From Chiloscyllium plagiosum (Eukaryota), in the NCBI RefSeq assembly GCF_004010195.1, contig NC_057750.1, positions 17,281,661 to 17,301,660 of the forward strand: DNA of 20,000 bases. The letters run 5' to 3'. Numbering within the stretch: position 1 is the stretch's first letter; each line of letters begins with the position of its first letter. Below, piece after piece: positions 18,499 through 20,000 of this stretch. The translations under genes were made by a program, and so were the position numbers. Under the pieces are notes generated by a model. That model saw only the letters and a list, made by a program, of their open reading frames with translations. It had not been told where the DNA came from and did not search any database.

Positions 18499-20000
18499 TG
18501 TTTACTATAGGCCCCCCAATAGCAGCAGAGATGTGGAGAAACAGATTGGGAAACAGATTTTGGAAAGGTGCAGAAGCCACAGGGTCGTAGTCATGGGCGA
18601 CTTCAACTTCCCAAATATTGATTGGAAGCTCTTTAGATCAAGTAGATTGGATGGGGCGGTGTTTGTGCAGTGTGTCCAGGAAGCTTTTCTAACGCAGTAT
18701 GTAGATTGTCCAATCAGAGGGGAGGCCATATTGGATTTGGTACTCGGTAATGAACCGGGACAAGTGGTGGGCTTGTTAGTGGGTGAACATTTTGGTGATG
18801 GTGACCACAATTCTGTGACTTTCACCTTGGTTATGCAGAGAGATAGGTGCGCACAACAAGGTAAATTTTATAATTGGGGGAAGGGAAATTACGATGCTGT
18901 AAGGCACGATTTGAGGAGCATACGTTGGGAGCATAGGCTGTCAGGGAAGGATGTGGTGGAAATGTGGAACTTCTTCAAAGAGCAGATACGACGTGTCCAT
19001 GATATGTATGTACCTATCAGGCAGGAAAGAAATGGTCGTGTGAGGGAACCTTGGATGACGAGGGGGGTTGAATGTCTTGTAAAGAGGAAGAAGGAGGCTT
19101 ACATAAGGTTGAGGAAACAAGGTTCAGACAGAGCATTGGAGGGATACAGGATAGCCAGAAGGGACCTGAAGAAAGGGATTAGGAGAACTAAGAGGGGCAT
19201 GAAAAATCTTTGGCGGATAGGATCAAGGATAACCCCAAGGCATTTTATGCGTATGTGAGAAACCTGAGAATGACGAGAACGAGGGTAGGTCCGATCAAGG
19301 ACAGTAGTGGGAGACTGTGTATTGAGTCGGAAGAGATAGGAAAGGTCTTGAACAAGTACTTCTCTTCAGTATTTACAAACGAGAGGGACCGTATTGTAGA
19401 AGAGGAGAGTGTGAAATGGACTGGTAAGCTAGAAGAGATACCTGTTAGGAAGGAAGATGTGTTGGACATTTTGAACAACTTGAGGATAGACAAGTCCCCC
19501 GGGCCTGACGGGATATATCCTAGGATTATGTGGGAAGCAAGAGAGGAAAGTGCAGTACCGTTGGCAATGATCTTCTCGTCTTCACTGGCAACGGGAGTGG
19601 TACCAGGGGACTGGAGAGTAGCGAATGTTGTGCCCCTGTTCAAAAAAGGGAATAGAGATAACCCCGGGAATTACAGGCCTGTTAGTCTTACTTCTGTGGT
19701 AGGCAAAGTAATGGAAAGGGTACTGAGGGATAGGACTTATGAGTATCTGGAAAGACACTGCTTGATTAGGGACAGCCAGCACAGATTTGTGAAGGGTAGG
19801 TCTTGCCTTACAAGTCTTATTGAATTCTTCGAGGAGGTGACCAAGCATGTGGATGAGGGAAGAGCAATGGATGTAGTGTACATGGATTTTAGTAAGGCAC
19901 TTGATAAGGTTCCCCATGGTAGGCTTATGCGGAAAGTCAGGAGGCAGGGGATAGAGGGAAATTTGGCCAATTGGAGAGAAAACTGGCTAACCGGTCGAAG
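18499..20000 (+). mobile_element. Young CR1 LINE ORF2 (partial APE endonuclease plus N-terminal RT), 5'-truncated, continues beyond the window
   Basis: VYYRPPN, VVMGDFNFPNIDW, ILDLVL, GDGDHN; after one frameshift at about 19194-19197 it reads open to 20000 through KSPGPDGIYPR, NYRPVSLTS, RSCLTSL and YMDFSKALDKVPH. Confidence 0.97.

Noticed and set aside
18449..19258. 269-aa ORF as a host gene or domesticated endonuclease
   Set aside because: A chimera of an old antisense CR1 remnant and a truncated CR1 ORF2, ended by a frameshift; it lacks the endonuclease N-terminus.
1..20000. Other SNAP25 exons and a REST/NRSF RE1 site
   Set aside because: A manual scan found no sequence encoding SKDAGIRTLVMLDEQG or the upstream exon, and no good match to TTCAGCACCnnGGACAG. 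Diverged matches could have been missed.

Overview
Vertebrate nuclear DNA, most likely from a shark or other elasmobranch (inferred from an HE1-type V-SINE, HER1/CR1-type LINE tails and Deu-domain SINEs). The window lies inside a SNAP25 gene on the + strand. The only host coding sequence I can support is one 42-bp phase-0 exon at 5314-5355 (SLESTRRMLQLVEE), which the ORF track misses. I found no neighbouring SNAP25 exons, so the rest is intron. The introns are densely filled with nested retroelements: many CR1 fragments including a young 5'-truncated copy running off the right end, a second LINE family with a partner SINE, RTE remnants, two Penelope-type families carrying minimal hammerhead-ribozyme motifs, and a solo LTR with a 4-bp target-site duplication (TSD). 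There are also three minisatellites, and two of them appear to have expanded independently from the same segment of a Deu-type SINE. I see no evidence of a novel multi-gene system, CRISPR array or prokaryotic sequence. Repeat family names come from my recognition of motifs, not a database search, and repeat boundaries are approximate.
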